A stretch of 64,000 nt of DNA, taken from NCBI GenBank assembly GCA_030704615.1, contig CM060731.1, positions 23,498,001 to 23,562,000 of the forward strand. Direction: 5' to 3'. The notes under the pieces were generated by a model. It was not told the origin of the DNA and ran no database searches. It saw only the letters and a list, made by a program, of their open reading frames with translations. The DNA is from Takakia lepidozioides. Its lineage: Eukaryota; Plantae; Bryophyta. Numbering within the stretch: the stretch's first letter is position 1; the number at the start of each line of letters is the position of its first letter. A program made the translations under genes and the position numbers. Positions 1 through 12,045 of this stretch are shown piece by piece.

Positions 1-722
1 AACACTAGACACGCACCCTTCATGCTCCCACATTCAGCATCAACAAGGACATTCTCCAGATTAATGTATGGTGCAATAAGCTTTAATGATGTCAGCATGG
101 ACCTCTTTGCCCTTCCCAGGGCTGCCAAGCTAGCACATGCATTGAGAAGGCAGATGAAGGTGACCTTGTTCGGCCTTACCCCCTCGATTTTTCTCAGAAG
201 TCTCAAAAGCCTCCATACCACACCCATGCTGCGCATACTCTGTGAGCAGTGCGTTCCATGAGAAGACATTCTGTTGAGCCATATTTTCAAACACTTGACA
301 CTCATCCTCCAAACTCCCACGTTTGGCATACATGTTAACGAGGGCAAGTGTCCAGAAAAATACCTGATAAAATTCTGGGGCAGTAGCCGCAAGGTGAAGT
401 GGCGTTTTAGTTGGCATACATGTTGACAAGGGTTCGGGCTACAACGATGCTTGGCGTGAGTCAGCTTTGGATCATGTGGGAGTGCACCTGCTTTCTTTCT
501 GCTAGACCTTTCATCTCAATGAACTCCTGAGACAGACATATGTGTTGTAATCTGCCGAAATTCCTCCCTGATTCAAAGTATGCAGAGCCTCTTTCACTTG
601 TCCTGCCTTACTTAGTGTCCTCCAATCCCAGTAGAGCAAAAAGATTTTGGGTTGACTCCCTCTCTTGGTCCTCCTTCAACAGCAGTGGTCATGGTTGAGG
701 TGCCTGTTTCAACCATGCCATC
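1..722 (-). pseudogene. PLS-class PPR gene relic (5' part; frameshifted; continues off the window start)
   Basis: ORF 130..429 contains ALVNMYAKRGSLEDECQVFENMAQQNVFSWNALLTEYAQHGCGMEAFE. Flanking DNA is homologous to the PPR genes at 9565-11520 and 19172-21698, with the same ATGCAG|GATGGC acceptor/start context near 721. Several frameshifts. Confidence 0.85.
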
Positions 723-994
723 CTGCATGACTGAAAACTTCGTTACAAACCAAACTCACCAGCATACACCTCACATCTCCTATATACTGCACAGAAAGAT
801 TGCTTCATGAGGACAGCTTCTTGCTACACCTTACCACAGTTTCGTTAGTTAATCTTCCACATCATGGCATGCAGGCCACAATCATACCAACCCAGACACC
901 AGCTTCAATACCAGTACTTTTCTGTATCTACTAGAGTCGCTTTAAAACAACTGAATTCACCTTCACAGTGACAGAAAAGTTACAACATTAAACG

Positions 995-1330
995 CATCTG
1001 CAAAACTCCCCTGCTGTTATACCCTCCTATGCAGTCCACCCACGCAGCTTTTCTGCTCAATTCTTGTCAAGGGAGAGAAGAACTACCACTTCTTCACACT
1101 CCTTGGGATATCACTGGGTGGAGACTACATAGCAGGACATCTGTGAAAGTGAGTCTGAGCGGTCTGATTATAAATGAGAGGGACTGCCATACTGCAAGGG
1201 CACCAATGATCCACCTCCACCAGGGCTTGCCACAGAATTCTGCCAAGCTTCTTCTAGCTTCTCCACGTGACCATCTACCCATGCAGCCTTCAAGGAGCTG
1301 CCCATCCACAGTGCCTCATTGCTACTTCAG
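995..1330 (-). repeat. Conserved module upstream of PPR genes, copy 1 (homologous to 18050-18365 and 18598-18935)
   Basis: Near-identical reverse-complement match; ORF translations GREELPLLHTPWDITGW (1029..1403+) and GREGLPLLHTPWDITGW (18111..18398-). Confidence 0.85.
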
Positions 1331-1719
1331 GAAAACACCACAATCCATGGTTGAAAGAAAATCTAGCTGCTTTCATGACACAAGGTCAATTAGAATGTGG
1401 TGAGGGCAACTTTTGAACACATTCCAGCCTGTTTTAAACTCTTACCAGTCATCCCTTTTTCATGTTGGGTTCTGCAAGTACGCTCATTGGGTGGATCCAT
1501 GATGGTTTGGAGTGATTTGAATGCCTATAAAGAGACAATCAGACAACAAGATGAACTGATCATCAATCCAAAAGGACCTCTTGTGTGTGCTGCTTATGTC
1601 TGTAGTCAGGTGATCTCCAATTGGTCTGTCAGGAGAACGGCGACTGTGCAGCTGAGCAACCATAGATTTAAACTCGGCCTTCTAAGACCAAGCTGACCCT
1701 CCCAAGTACCTTGTAAACA

Positions 1720-2128
1720 CCAGGGAAAATACCATTTCATGATACTAACAGGAGCCCACATTTGCGGGATGGATAAATCTCTTCGCATCCTACATTAAGA
1801 AAGCCACACCTTGTGGTCCCACCATTGAGAAGGATCTTTCAAAAACTCGTGCCAGCTCTGCTCCATGCTCCACAGTAGACCTTCGTGCCCGAAAATCCGA
1901 CAGCATCAACAGCTTGACGAGTTCGCTTATGGAGGAGTGCTAGTGAGCTGTCAACAACATTCATGCAGGTCACTTTGGGCTCCATTACACTCAACACAAA
2001 GAGGAACATGCGAACGTACACATATACTAAACCAGCTTGTGGCTGTAGTCTGGACAAATTGGAGTGGTCTGTGGAAACGACAAACGACCAGGGAGCAGCT
2101 GAGCAGCCACAGACTCATCCCTCCCAAG
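1720..2128 (+). repeat. Dispersed ~400 bp repeat, probably a degenerate LINE 3' fragment (second copy at 7677-8039)
   Basis: Direct match from CAGGGAAAATACCATTTCATGATAC to GCAGCCACAGACTCA.TCCTCCCAAG. The QLSSHRL motif resembles LINE ORF2 C-termini (family call is inference). Confidence 0.75.
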
Positions 2129-2377
2129 GTCTTTAGGGTTTCGAATTTGAATTTCTCGCACACGGGCCGGGACCGCCAATACCAACCAGGAATCCCGGTC
2201 AGGGGCTGGCTCGGTTTCGGTTAGGGTCTGCAAAGGGGAACAGCAGACAAAGGGGTTCGAGGAAGTGCCAAGGAAGACGGGGAAGATTGGCAGACCCGCG
2301 GTGTGAATTGTGCGAGGAGACTGCAGAATTGCACAGCTTGCGGTTTTGCATGTGAGAAATCGTTGAACGTGTCGCAT
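2129..2377 (-). CDS. Putative first exon encoding an organellar (mitochondrial-like) targeting peptide, possibly of the PPR relic at 1-722
   Basis: ATG at 2377 opens MRHVQRFLTCKTASCAILQSPRTIHT (Arg/Ser/Thr-rich, no acidic residues). The frame runs into the repeat insertion at 2128. The link to the PPR relic is inferred. Confidence 0.35.
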
Positions 2378-2513
2378 CCATCAGGGGTGTTGCTGGTTAC
2401 TGCTGGTGACCTAGACAGGACTCTTCTGGGATCGTTTACTGTGGCAGCTCATATCTCCCCTCCCGTTATAAAGAAGACACTGCAAGAGAGGAAAGAGAGG
2501 GGGAGAGAGACAG

Positions 2514-5332
2514 ATGGCAGGGGGACTGGTTGCAGTGACGGAGAGGAATGCGGACGGAGGGCCGTGTTTGGACGCCGCGGAGGACGAGAGGATAGCCCAG
2601 ATACAGTCGCTAGTGGGGATAGTGCTCGGTGAGGAGACTGTGGAGCTCACTGGCACTCTTTATGTGACTACCAGGTTGTTAGTCATCTCCTTCTGTCGTG
2701 CCTTCAATCGGTTTATGTTGGGAATATGGACTTCTGGAGGAACCGCATTCTATGGTGCTCTCTGTTGTATGCTAAATTCGTAGAAGGTAATGCTTTCAAA
2801 AGATTTGAAAGAAAGCGCTCCCTAATCCATCTGTTAGCTTGGATGCTGGTGGGCGGGAGGGTCCTCCCGCTATTCATTCGGGGACTATCCCTCAAGTCTA
2901 AGGTTTAGGTAACAGTTCCATAGTTCAAAGGGGATGGTCAATGTGGGTACATGTTCTTCCCTCCCTTCCTTGGCTCCCTCTAGTTTTCGCTCTGGACACA
3001 TTTTTGCTGGGTGTGGCTAATCAACTTGTCAACACTTTGCTTAAAGATATGTTTGTAATATTCTCCAAGTGTCTCTTAACACATCAAGTCGACCTAATAA
3101 CTCAAGGCCAATTGGATTTGGCAGCTTCCGTGAAAGACGTTGTATGGATCATTGATCGACCGTCACAAGCATGGGTAGTCTCTCTTTGGCCTGATGCTGT
3201 TGGGATAGACATGCTGAAGTGGCCCTGCGTGAGTGCAGGCGATTGGTGTGGTTGAGTGACGAAGATGTGCACAAAGGCTATGCTGTTGACTTTGTGTCGC
3301 TAACGATGCACGCCATCTCTAGAGATGCTGAGGCTTTTCCACTGCCCTGCATCTACACTCAGGTCCAGCCTTCTCCCTTTTTCATTCTTTGAATGGATTA
3401 AGGGTTGCTGCCCTCTTTGGATTTGCTAGTCCATGCAGAAGTCAAACCTAGCGCCCTATTTGAAACACTGACAGGAGCATGATGGAATCTGGTAGTAGCA
3501 CTGAACCATATTTGTTCAGAATCTGTGCTGTCACTTCTGTCACTGTAACAAATATGAAGATGTTGGGTTTTGTCCAGGTAGACAGTGGGGAGGATGAGGC
3601 GGATGGGTTTCAAGAAGAGGGCGAGGAGGGTGAAGAGGAGGAACCTTTGGAGGCTGAGGAGCATGATATTGTCAATGATTTGTCTCAAGTTACAGAGATG
3701 CGGCTGGTTCCCAGAGATTCTAGTGTGTGTATCCTCCACTTTTGGAACCTCTCAAACCCAAACATACATACAAAGGAACGTTACACAGGCATCCTTTTCT
3801 TTTCTGTTTGTGCATGTAACACAGATATGTGGGACTGTGTGTAAGGGTTCCTACTTCGGGGCAACAGCTAAATCTTGCCCCCCTTAACCATAGGGTGTCT
3901 TTGTCTCTCCAGTTGAAGTTGTGTTGTCAAGAACTATAGCTATGACCTATGGAAGAATTGCGGCTGTAGTGAATGTGTTTGGTAGATATATTAAATTTCC
4001 AGATTCATCTAAGCTTAAACCAAGTTGGATTTTAATGTCACATGGTGTCGGAGCAATGTTCTTGGCAAGCATTTTCAGGATTTGAAGTGATACCTTAACG
4101 ATACCTGAAAAACTCAGTGGATCACTTGTTCCAAGTGCTATGTGACTGCGCTGCCTTGAATCCAGATCCACCAGGAGGTAATTGTGCCTCCCTCTTGCTT
4201 TCTGTTGTTTTAAGGTTCCCTTGGATAGTGTTCTGAGTGATGAGACTGCATTCTTTCTGGATTCCTTCCATTTTGTTGTTGTTGTTTCTTTTCCTTATTG
4301 TTTTGTCCTGATGCCTTTGTTTTCAGCTTTGGCCTGCTCTTTGTTACTCACCCAGAATTGGACAAGCTTTCATGCTATCTTACTGTCTTTTGCTACTGTC
4401 AAGTTGAAATGGAAATTCAAGCGTCAAATTACCTGCTTCAACTTCCACAATGCTCCTCTCAACTCAGCAGTCTTTGGCAATTGCTAGGATTTGTGCAGTT
4501 TGGTTTTTCCAAGGGATGAACTACTGCATACTACTATTTAGTGGCTGTTTAGTATGTAAGAGTATGTATGTCTCTTCCCTCTTTTTAACAACCCTGCTGT
4601 GGGTATTTGTTGGGCATCCTTCAAAGCCTAGTTTCCAAAGAGGTTGAGAATATATTGGGTTTTCCCGAGCATACTATAAATAGGAGTAATATTCAGAATA
4701 TGTCATGCTACAAAGTTTTTATTAGAGCAATCACGTGTGCCATTTCAACTGTAAGCAGTCCATGGTCTTCCTACTAAATCAAAAACAACACTTGGAAATG
4801 CCAGCAAGTAGGATTGGTGTAATTGAGTGGGACAGAGAGACTAACAGACAGACAGCTATACCTTAATGGGATGAGGAAATTCTGTATCAAGTGGCTCAAG
4901 ACTTCTGTGGATGTTGGTTCTTGTTGGTATTCTACGTTGAGCCCAGAAGGTGAGGGGGAGTGGTTTTTTAATGAGGATGAGGTGCTGGCCAATGTCATTG
5001 GAGCCAACCCTTTGGACAATCATCACGATCTTGCTGAGGTATCATTCCCATCTCCAACAGTGCTGTCCCTGTTTAAAGGTTTCTGAATGCTAGTTGTGGG
5101 TTCCCGATACAACTCAATGATATTGCTGTGACTGGTCAAGGGTTTGAAACTTGTCGATTTGTTATGTGTTGAGACACCTCTTGCAGGACTATTGAAAACC
5201 TGGATTCTCTTAGGAGACCAGTTGTAGGGATGGTGTATGATACATCAAGTGATTATTGTTTTCGGTGCATGACAGCTGCTGATGCAGGACCCACGATTTG
5301 AGGATGCTGAGGAGGAAGAGAGTGCTGACTAA
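2514..5332 (+). CDS. CLNS1A: pICln / methylosome subunit (chloride conductance regulatory protein ICln); exons 2514-2674, 3239-3362, 3578-3728, 4118-4177, 4947-5038, 5276-5332
   Basis: Spliced translation GTLYVTTRRLVWLSDEDVHKGYAVDFVSLTMHAISRD...PCIYTQ, an acidic tract, EMRLVP...LDHLFQVLCDCAALNPDP...EWFFNEDE...DPRFEDAEEE* matches the pICln family. All intron phases are consistent. Confidence 0.93.
3729..4117 (+). other. U12-type (minor spliceosome) GT-AG intron in pICln
   Basis: 5' site GTATCCTC; branch sequence TACCTTAAC at 4091-4099, about 19 nt before the AG at 4116-4117; no polypyrimidine tract; splicing restores the conserved frame. Confidence 0.85.
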
Positions 5333-6095
5333 ATCCATCTTGTACAAATTCGTGAGGTCTCTTTAGAGATGTCTGTATATCTGGTGCAAAACTGTTTTAA
5401 AGCTGAGAGTCCAGGGTAGGTTTGTCTTTTTAACTACCAGTGGTGTAGAATAGCAGTATCAAAGCTGCTGTGAGTGAAGTTTTGCCATTTGAAAAATTAC
5501 AATATTTAAGGTACATGAGAAGTTTTGAGATTTTCCGTGCTGTAAGTTTATACGACACTGAGTCAGCAAATGAGATTGGCTTGGAGTTTTGGATTCTTGT
5601 GTAAACTTTGATCTGCATGGGTAGCGTAAATACCCCATTGGTAATGAGAACCTACACTAGGAGATCTTCCAGCATGATTATTCTGTGTATGGAACCTGAG
5701 TTTGCATGATAAGGCATTTTCATTTGCAAGATGGGCATGTAAGACATTCTGTGCCAGGTCACAGGTAGGTGAATGTCACCCTGAATGGAATGAAGATTGA
5801 ATCGGTAAAGTGACACCGGTGTCTTGGCAAGTCTACTTGATTAATCTGCAAAATTTCCTTTACTTCAGACCGGCCTTGAACATGGGAGGTATGATGTAAC
5901 AAGAGACGCCCATAAGATGGCAAGGATGGCTTGGCACAAACCCCTTCACTCAAGGTAAACTTCACAATAAACACTGCAGCACAAAACTGTATGGTTTGAT
6001 TACTCTTGGCCTGACTGATGTAACAGTTCAACTTCTGTCCTCTTTTATGTGAATCAGTCCATCTGAAGTGTACAAGGGAGACAGTGCTGCCGAAG

Positions 6096-6989
6096 ATGCT
6101 CGAGAAAGCACTCAAGAAAGCAGGGAAGTAGGCTAAGGGCAAACCGTTCGTTGTAAAAAGGATGAGCCGAGGCATGATGTATGATACCATGTGGTGCAGA
6201 GTGGTAAGAATAACATGTTTCCTTCGATTCGACTAAGAAGAATTCTAGAAATGGTTTGTTGCGAGTCTTGTCACTGATGAAATGACGACACTGTTTTTTG
6301 CAGTCTAGAATTCTAGACTAATCATCAAACGTTTCCTTTTTTTGTCTCAATGGCAGTTCCTGACGCTCCCCTGTATGAAAAAACACGCATATCACCGCAG
6401 TAAGATCGTAACTTTCGAAAGCCCAAAGGGGGAGATTTGGATACTAAGTTTTCAAAGAGATGGCCGCACCATTACTAGTGGGTGGAGGGAGTTCGCTTTT
6501 GATTTAGACTTGAAGCTGGACGATCATGTCTTCTTCATTCGTGATGCATGCTTGCATTTTGTTGTAAGAGTGTTTGACCAACTTGGGAGGGAGAAATTCA
6601 ATGTTTCTAACTCACGCAAGTATCCCTGGTTTTGTAACTATCAACAGAGAGCGCTCATCCTTGCATGCCAAGCGCATGCAGCCATCGCATCAAGTGGGGA
6701 AGAGTTGAATACTCCGAGAGTGGACAACAACGTCACTAGGAAGAAAGAGCTTTACCAGGCGGAAGAGACTAGACAGCTTGAAAACAAGCTTGAAAAGAAG
6801 ACCAAACTTCGAAGGAGGAGCAAGCGGCTTGCAAAGCATGCACCTATGATACCAAGTGGGGCAAATGCTGTGAAAGTTGACAACAACGTCAGTAGGAGCG
6901 AAGGACGTCGCCTTTGCCTTTGCCGAACGTACCAGCATACCTTGGATCTAGACTACATCGAATGCTGCACTCCGAATGGAGTGTACTGA
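6096..6989 (+). CDS. B3 (REM-type) DNA-binding domain protein, possibly a pseudogene; exons ~6096/6162-6203 and 6357-6989
   Basis: VTFESPKGEIWILSF...ITSGWREFAFDLDLKLDDHVFF...FVVRVFD is a B3 signature. An upstream exon PFVVKRMS ends at GTAAGA in matching phase 0. There is an in-frame TAG at 6129-6131 after the first ATG. Confidence 0.7.
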
Positions 6990-7369
6990 CAGATTCTTGA
7001 CAGTGACGAGGATTGATGCAGACGATAATTTATTTGTCCTGATGCGATGTACTTAGTTCTGCGAAATTGGTGATGTCGTTGACTTCTGATTCACGGATTG
7101 ACGTCCACCTAAAGGAGAGTTGGGATTTTGAAGGGATGAAGGTAGAATGTTATGGTTGAATCTGCTGGGCACTTACTAGACTTGTAAATAGTGTGTGTAA
7201 GAGGAAGAAAGAAGAAAGTAGAGACACAGATTTAGGAGTTTTGTAGCCACATCACAGTCATGTACATTTACACAGGGTCTAAATGTCATCAACAATTACA
7301 GCTTGTGAGCTAACGGATTTGCCAAGTACAGCTCTTTCGAACTGTCCTCTATCATTTTCCTCACTGTTT

Positions 7370-7673
7370 GATTGATCATCCCACCTGCCAGCAACAGTAT
7401 ACATGTTTAATAACAGAACATGCACTGCAGTATGCTGTGGATCTCTCACAATGTTTTGGCTGTACGTTCTGCTACCTCTACATCATCATTAAGTCCTCAG
7501 GCACCAAACAAGGCCCCCCACACCCTGGCATCTGATTTGATTGGCATTTTGTCAATCAAGTCTTAGGGTTCTTCCAATTATCCTGTGCAGCCGAGAAGGT
7601 GCACCATGCAGCCAAAATGCTCCACTGTTGGAGTGAAGCCATGATCCTGTCAAAAAAAGTAGTGACAGCCTTC
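7370..7673 (-). pseudogene. PPR C-terminal relic (L2-S2-E1 region)
   Basis: Homologous to 9660-9970 (GCAGCCAAAATGCTCCA = EHFGC; GATTGGCATTTT = KMPI); truncated by the repeat at 7677. Confidence 0.8.
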
Positions 7674-7676
7674 TTC

Positions 7677-8039
7677 CAGGGAAAATACCATTTCATGATA
7701 CTAGCAGGAGCCCACATTTGCAGGATGCATAAATCTCTTCCCACCCTACATTAAGAAAGCCACACCTTGTGGTCCCACCATTGAGAAGTTCAAAAACTCG
7801 TGCCAGCTCTGCTTCATGCTCCACAGTAGACCTTTGTGCCCGGAAATCCGACAGCATCAACAGCTTGACAAGTTCGCTTATGGAGGAGTGCTAGTGAGCT
7901 GTCAACAACATTTATGCAGGTCACTTTGGGCTCCATTACACACAACACAAAGAGGAGCATGCGAACGTACACAAAATTGGAGTGGTCTGTGGAAACGACC
8001 AGGGAGCACCTGAGCAGCCACAGACTCAATCCTCCCAAG
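7677..8039 (+). repeat. Second copy of the 1720-2128 repeat
   Basis: ORFs 1865..2224 and 7816..8013 translate almost identically (MLHSRP.CP.IRQHQQLD.FAYGGVLVSCQQH). Confidence 0.85.
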
Positions 8040-8861
8040 CAAACTCCAGGGAGAAGACGTGACGACCTTGCATCCTCCTTTCATGCCCTGTTAAGGAGGA
8101 ACAACCTCGATACCCACAGTAAAAGCAGTTTTGCAGAGCATAGATCCTCCACCTCACCGCCAGATCTGACGATACCTAGCAACCCATAATTTACAAAGCA
8201 ACATCTCACCACCATCTGCCAGACACTAATCCCTATGCTGAAAAGGTGGCAAGACTTTAGAATGTTTGTATGTAAAAGAGAAAGATGTCCCGAAAAAAGT
8301 GTGTGCGGATGTCCTTGGTGCCCGCCCAATTGTCACTCTCTTGAACATGGCCGCAGATTTAATCCAACAAGCTTTTTCATATAGCCCAGCATTTCCATAG
8401 CGCACGCAAGCAAGCAACAATCCAGATACAGGAAAATGAATATTGATTCATCCCCTCGTGTTGCGCTTATAGTAGACAGCATGAAGTTAGCCCCTAGTTG
8501 GCAACAGATGCGATGTATGGGAATGTGGTTGTCCAGTTACAGGGATTGAGTGTTGAAGAACTACTAAATCCCAACTTGCGTTCAGCCGATGGCAATCTCG
8601 TTACGGAGAATTGTGCATCATTTACCGGCATTGAGAGAACAGTGCCAATGTGCTTGAGTGAGTAGGTAGTTTCAAGGCCACCAGTCAAACTGTCAAAAAT
8701 GAAGGGTAATAACAGATAATGGACGATGCTCTGTTGGCAATCTGTGTGAAACCTTGGGGAGCTTCATTTACAAACTGACATGAGGTGACGGTAGAAAGGA
8801 CGAAAATTTCCCAAAGGAGGGGAAGGCCCTCTATGCAGGGTGGTGAGAAAGAGAGAATGTA

Positions 8862-8925
8862 CCGTAGCCTTGTGGCCATAGACACTGCGCCCAGTTTCGG
8901 CGGAACAACACGGAATAGACAGAAA
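8862..8925 (-). mobile_element. Very short 3'-end relic of the LINE family at 14755-16545
   Basis: The reverse complement contains TTCCGCCGAAACTGGGCGCAGTGTCTATGGCCACAAGGCTA, versus TTCCGCTCAAACTGGGCGCGGGGTCAATGGCCACAAGGCTA near 16375. Confidence 0.7.
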
Positions 8926-9564
8926 CGAAGTTAGGCATAAAACTCCCCTAAACTTGGGATGACCTGAAGGGCCTCGGCACTAGAAATTCGGGGCGGGGAG
9001 TATACCATTGAATAATAAACAGATGCAGAGAGAGGAAGGGATTGTCAATGCCTGATGTGTAGCCGGCCTGAAGATAATATCCACTTTCTGATACAATGTC
9101 TGGAGTATTCTCATCAGAGAGCAACCCTCTCAGGACCATCGACAACATAGTCCCTGCACCTCTGTTCTCCAACTTTCAAAATCTTGAGGCTACTTTCATG
9201 AAAAAGAAAATTAGGGGAACAAAATTTATAATATATAGACTCTAGTATTCAATGATGCTTTTGCTGAATTTAAGCATTAGTTTCATGAAGTGTAAGATGT
9301 TGGAGATCAGTGCTAGGTCTGTAACCCCCATTAAACAACACATGCAAGTACCTGCTACTACACAGCAAACTCTATTGTCTAATTTTTTTGAGCGCATTAT
9401 GATGACATTTCCTCAAATAATGCTTTTGCAGATCATCCTAGAATCACGATATTATCATCCGGGTAACAAAAACAGATATTTGGTGGCTTACCAGTCCCCT
9501 TCATTGGCACAGACAATCTCTTCAGCTCTGCATGGATCCTCAATTTGTGGGTGCAATTTATCCT

Positions 9565-12045
9565 CTACGAAGAACGTTTTCCGGCAGTTTTTGACCTCAA
9601 TGGAGCAGTGACCTGGCTCCTTTCCGACACACTGTCCATCATTTTTCTCACCTTTGCAGTATCATCCCACCTACCAGCTGCAGCATAGATGTCTGACAAT
9701 AGGACATACGTTGCGGCATCCTGTGGATCCCACTTAAGAAGGAATTTTGCCACACGTTCTGCCACCTCTACATTGCCATGAATCCTGCAGGCACCAAGCA
9801 AGGCCCCCAAAACAGCAGCATCTGGCTTGATTGGCATTTTATTAATGAAGTCCTCTGCTTCATCCAATCGCCCTGCACGTCCAAGAAGGTCTACGATGCA
9901 GCCAAAATGCTCCAATGTAGGAGTGAGGCCATGATCTTGACTCATTGCATCAAAGTAGTGACAACCTTCATCCACCAAACCCACATGGCTACATGCAGAG
10001 AGAAGACATATAAAAGTGATACAATCTGGATCAAAGCCTTCCTGTTGCATTTGCTCAAATAGTTGGAGGGCTTCCATACCGTACCCATGCTGCGAATATC
10101 CGGCAATCATTGTGTTCCATGAGACAACATTTCGTTGAGCCATATTGTCAAACACTTGACGTGCATCTGTCATGCTCCCACACTTGGCATACATGTCAGC
10201 AAGGGCAGTACCCAGCATGCTATCTGGAGCAATTGCAGCTTTGATGATGTCAGCATGGATCTCTTTGCCCTTGACCAGAGCTGCCAGGCTGGCACACGCA
10301 TTGAGAACAACAATGAACGTGACCCCATTGGGTGTCACCCCTTCCCATATCATCTTCTCATACATCTCCAAAGCCTCTCTACCACACCCATGCTGAGAAT
10401 ATCCAGCTATCATGGCACTCCATGTGAACACATCCGGCTTAAATCCTTCCTGTGGCATGTTTTCAAATAGTTCCAGAGCCTCCCTTCTACACCCATGCTG
10501 AGCATATCCTGCAATCATTACGTTCCATGAGACCACATTTCGTTGACCCATTTTGTCAAACACCTGGCGTGCCTCCTTCATCCTCCCACATTTCGCATAC
10601 ATGTCGGCAAGGGCAGTCTCTAGAATGGTATCAGGAGCAAGTCCAGCTTTGCTGATGTCAGCATGGACCTCTTTGCCCTTTGCCAGGGCAACCAGACTTG
10701 CACACGCTTTGAGAACACAAATAAAAGTGACCTTGTCCGGTGTCACTCCTTCCAGTCTCATTTTTTCATACATCTCTAACGCTTCCTTCCCACACCCATG
10801 CTTGGCATATCCTGCGATCATGGTGCTCCATGAGACCACATCTCGCTGAACCATACTGTCAAACACTTGTCGTGCACCCTTTATGCTTCCACATTTGGCA
10901 TACATGGCAACAAGGGCAGTGTCCAGAATGATATCTGGCGCAATTCCCACTTTGCCGATATCAGCATGGACCTCAATGCCCTTTTCCAGGGCTGCCATGC
11001 TGGCACATGCATTGAGAATGCAAGTGAATGTGACCTTGTTGGGAATCACCCCTTCCTGTATCATTTGCTCATACATCTTGCAGACCTCCCTACCACACCC
11101 ATGCTTGGCATATCCTGCCATCATTATAGTCCAAGTATAGACATCTCGTTCCGGCATTTCGTCAAACACTAGGCGGGCATCCACTACACTTCCACACTTT
11201 GCATACATGTTGACCAGGGTGGTGAGGAGAGAGATGTTTGGCTTTAATCCATTCCGAATAATGTGGGCATGCACCTGCTTTCCCTCTGCTAGGCCTTTCA
11301 TCTTGATGCACTCCTGCAAGAGACAGACATAAGTGTTGGAGTCAGCTGCAATGCCTCCTTGGTTCAAAATGTGCAGTGCCTCCTTCAGTCGTCCTGCCTT
11401 ACATAGGGTCCTCATATAGCCATCAGTGCCAGGAACTGCCTCTCTGGGCCCTCTTTCAAAAGCAGTAGTCATCGTGGAGGTGCCTGATTTAGAGAACTGT
11501 GCCTGATTCAGCCCTGCCATCCTGCATGACCCAAAGCCGTAGCACTCAAACAGGGCCCTTGGGACAGGAGAGCGACAGAAAGTGCTATCTTAGAATTGTA
11601 AGAAAGGTCTTCAAGACAACTGCTACGGACAAGAAATCACCTTAGTGTATCGATTGTCCCACCACTGACTGGGGTTTGAAGAAAACTCCCTCCAAAGCTT
11701 CTCCTCGTCTGTATATTGGTCTTTCTGATACGAATTGCCTGAGTTGGCAATTGTCTTGCCCAATGTAACCACGGGTGGATGCGGCTTCTCCTTTTCCTCC
11801 ACCTACAAGTAGCTTCCTTTCGCAAGCCCCAGTCCATAAACCTCCCCCTCCTCTGCTAATCTCCAGTGCCCCGAACTGGTCGAAACAAATATGAACGAAA
11901 TGCCAGTTGGAAAATGTAGAGAAGCGTACCCCCTACAACTTCTTGAAGAATTCAGCCCAGACCCAGATCTGCAAGCAGCGCTGTGAGGAGAAGCTGAGAT
12001 GACTGGAGAAGATGTGGAGAAAGCAAAGGCAGACATCACTGCCAT
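9565..12045 (-). CDS. PLS-class PPR protein (E type; E+/DYW region decayed); main exon 11521-9565, intron 11640-11522, upstream transit-peptide-like exon
   Basis: 651-aa ORF of P-L-S triplets ending in P2-L2-S2-E1-E2. A phase-2 intron (AG|GTGATT...TGCAG|G) joins ORF 11637..11837 in frame. The Ser-rich MAVMSAFAFSTSSPVISAS at 12045 is in another frame. A frameshift precedes the KEPG box. Confidence 0.85.

Noticed and set aside
8040-9180. Possible gene fragment (CLADGGEMLLC looks PHD-like; several 60-80 aa ORFs)
   Set aside because: No continuous frame or second supporting motif; it cannot be assigned without a search.
9778-11172. Plus-strand ORFs overlapping the PPR gene (likewise minus-strand ORFs at 19631-20638 and 39742-40632)
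   Set aside because: Antisense shadows of real coding sequence.
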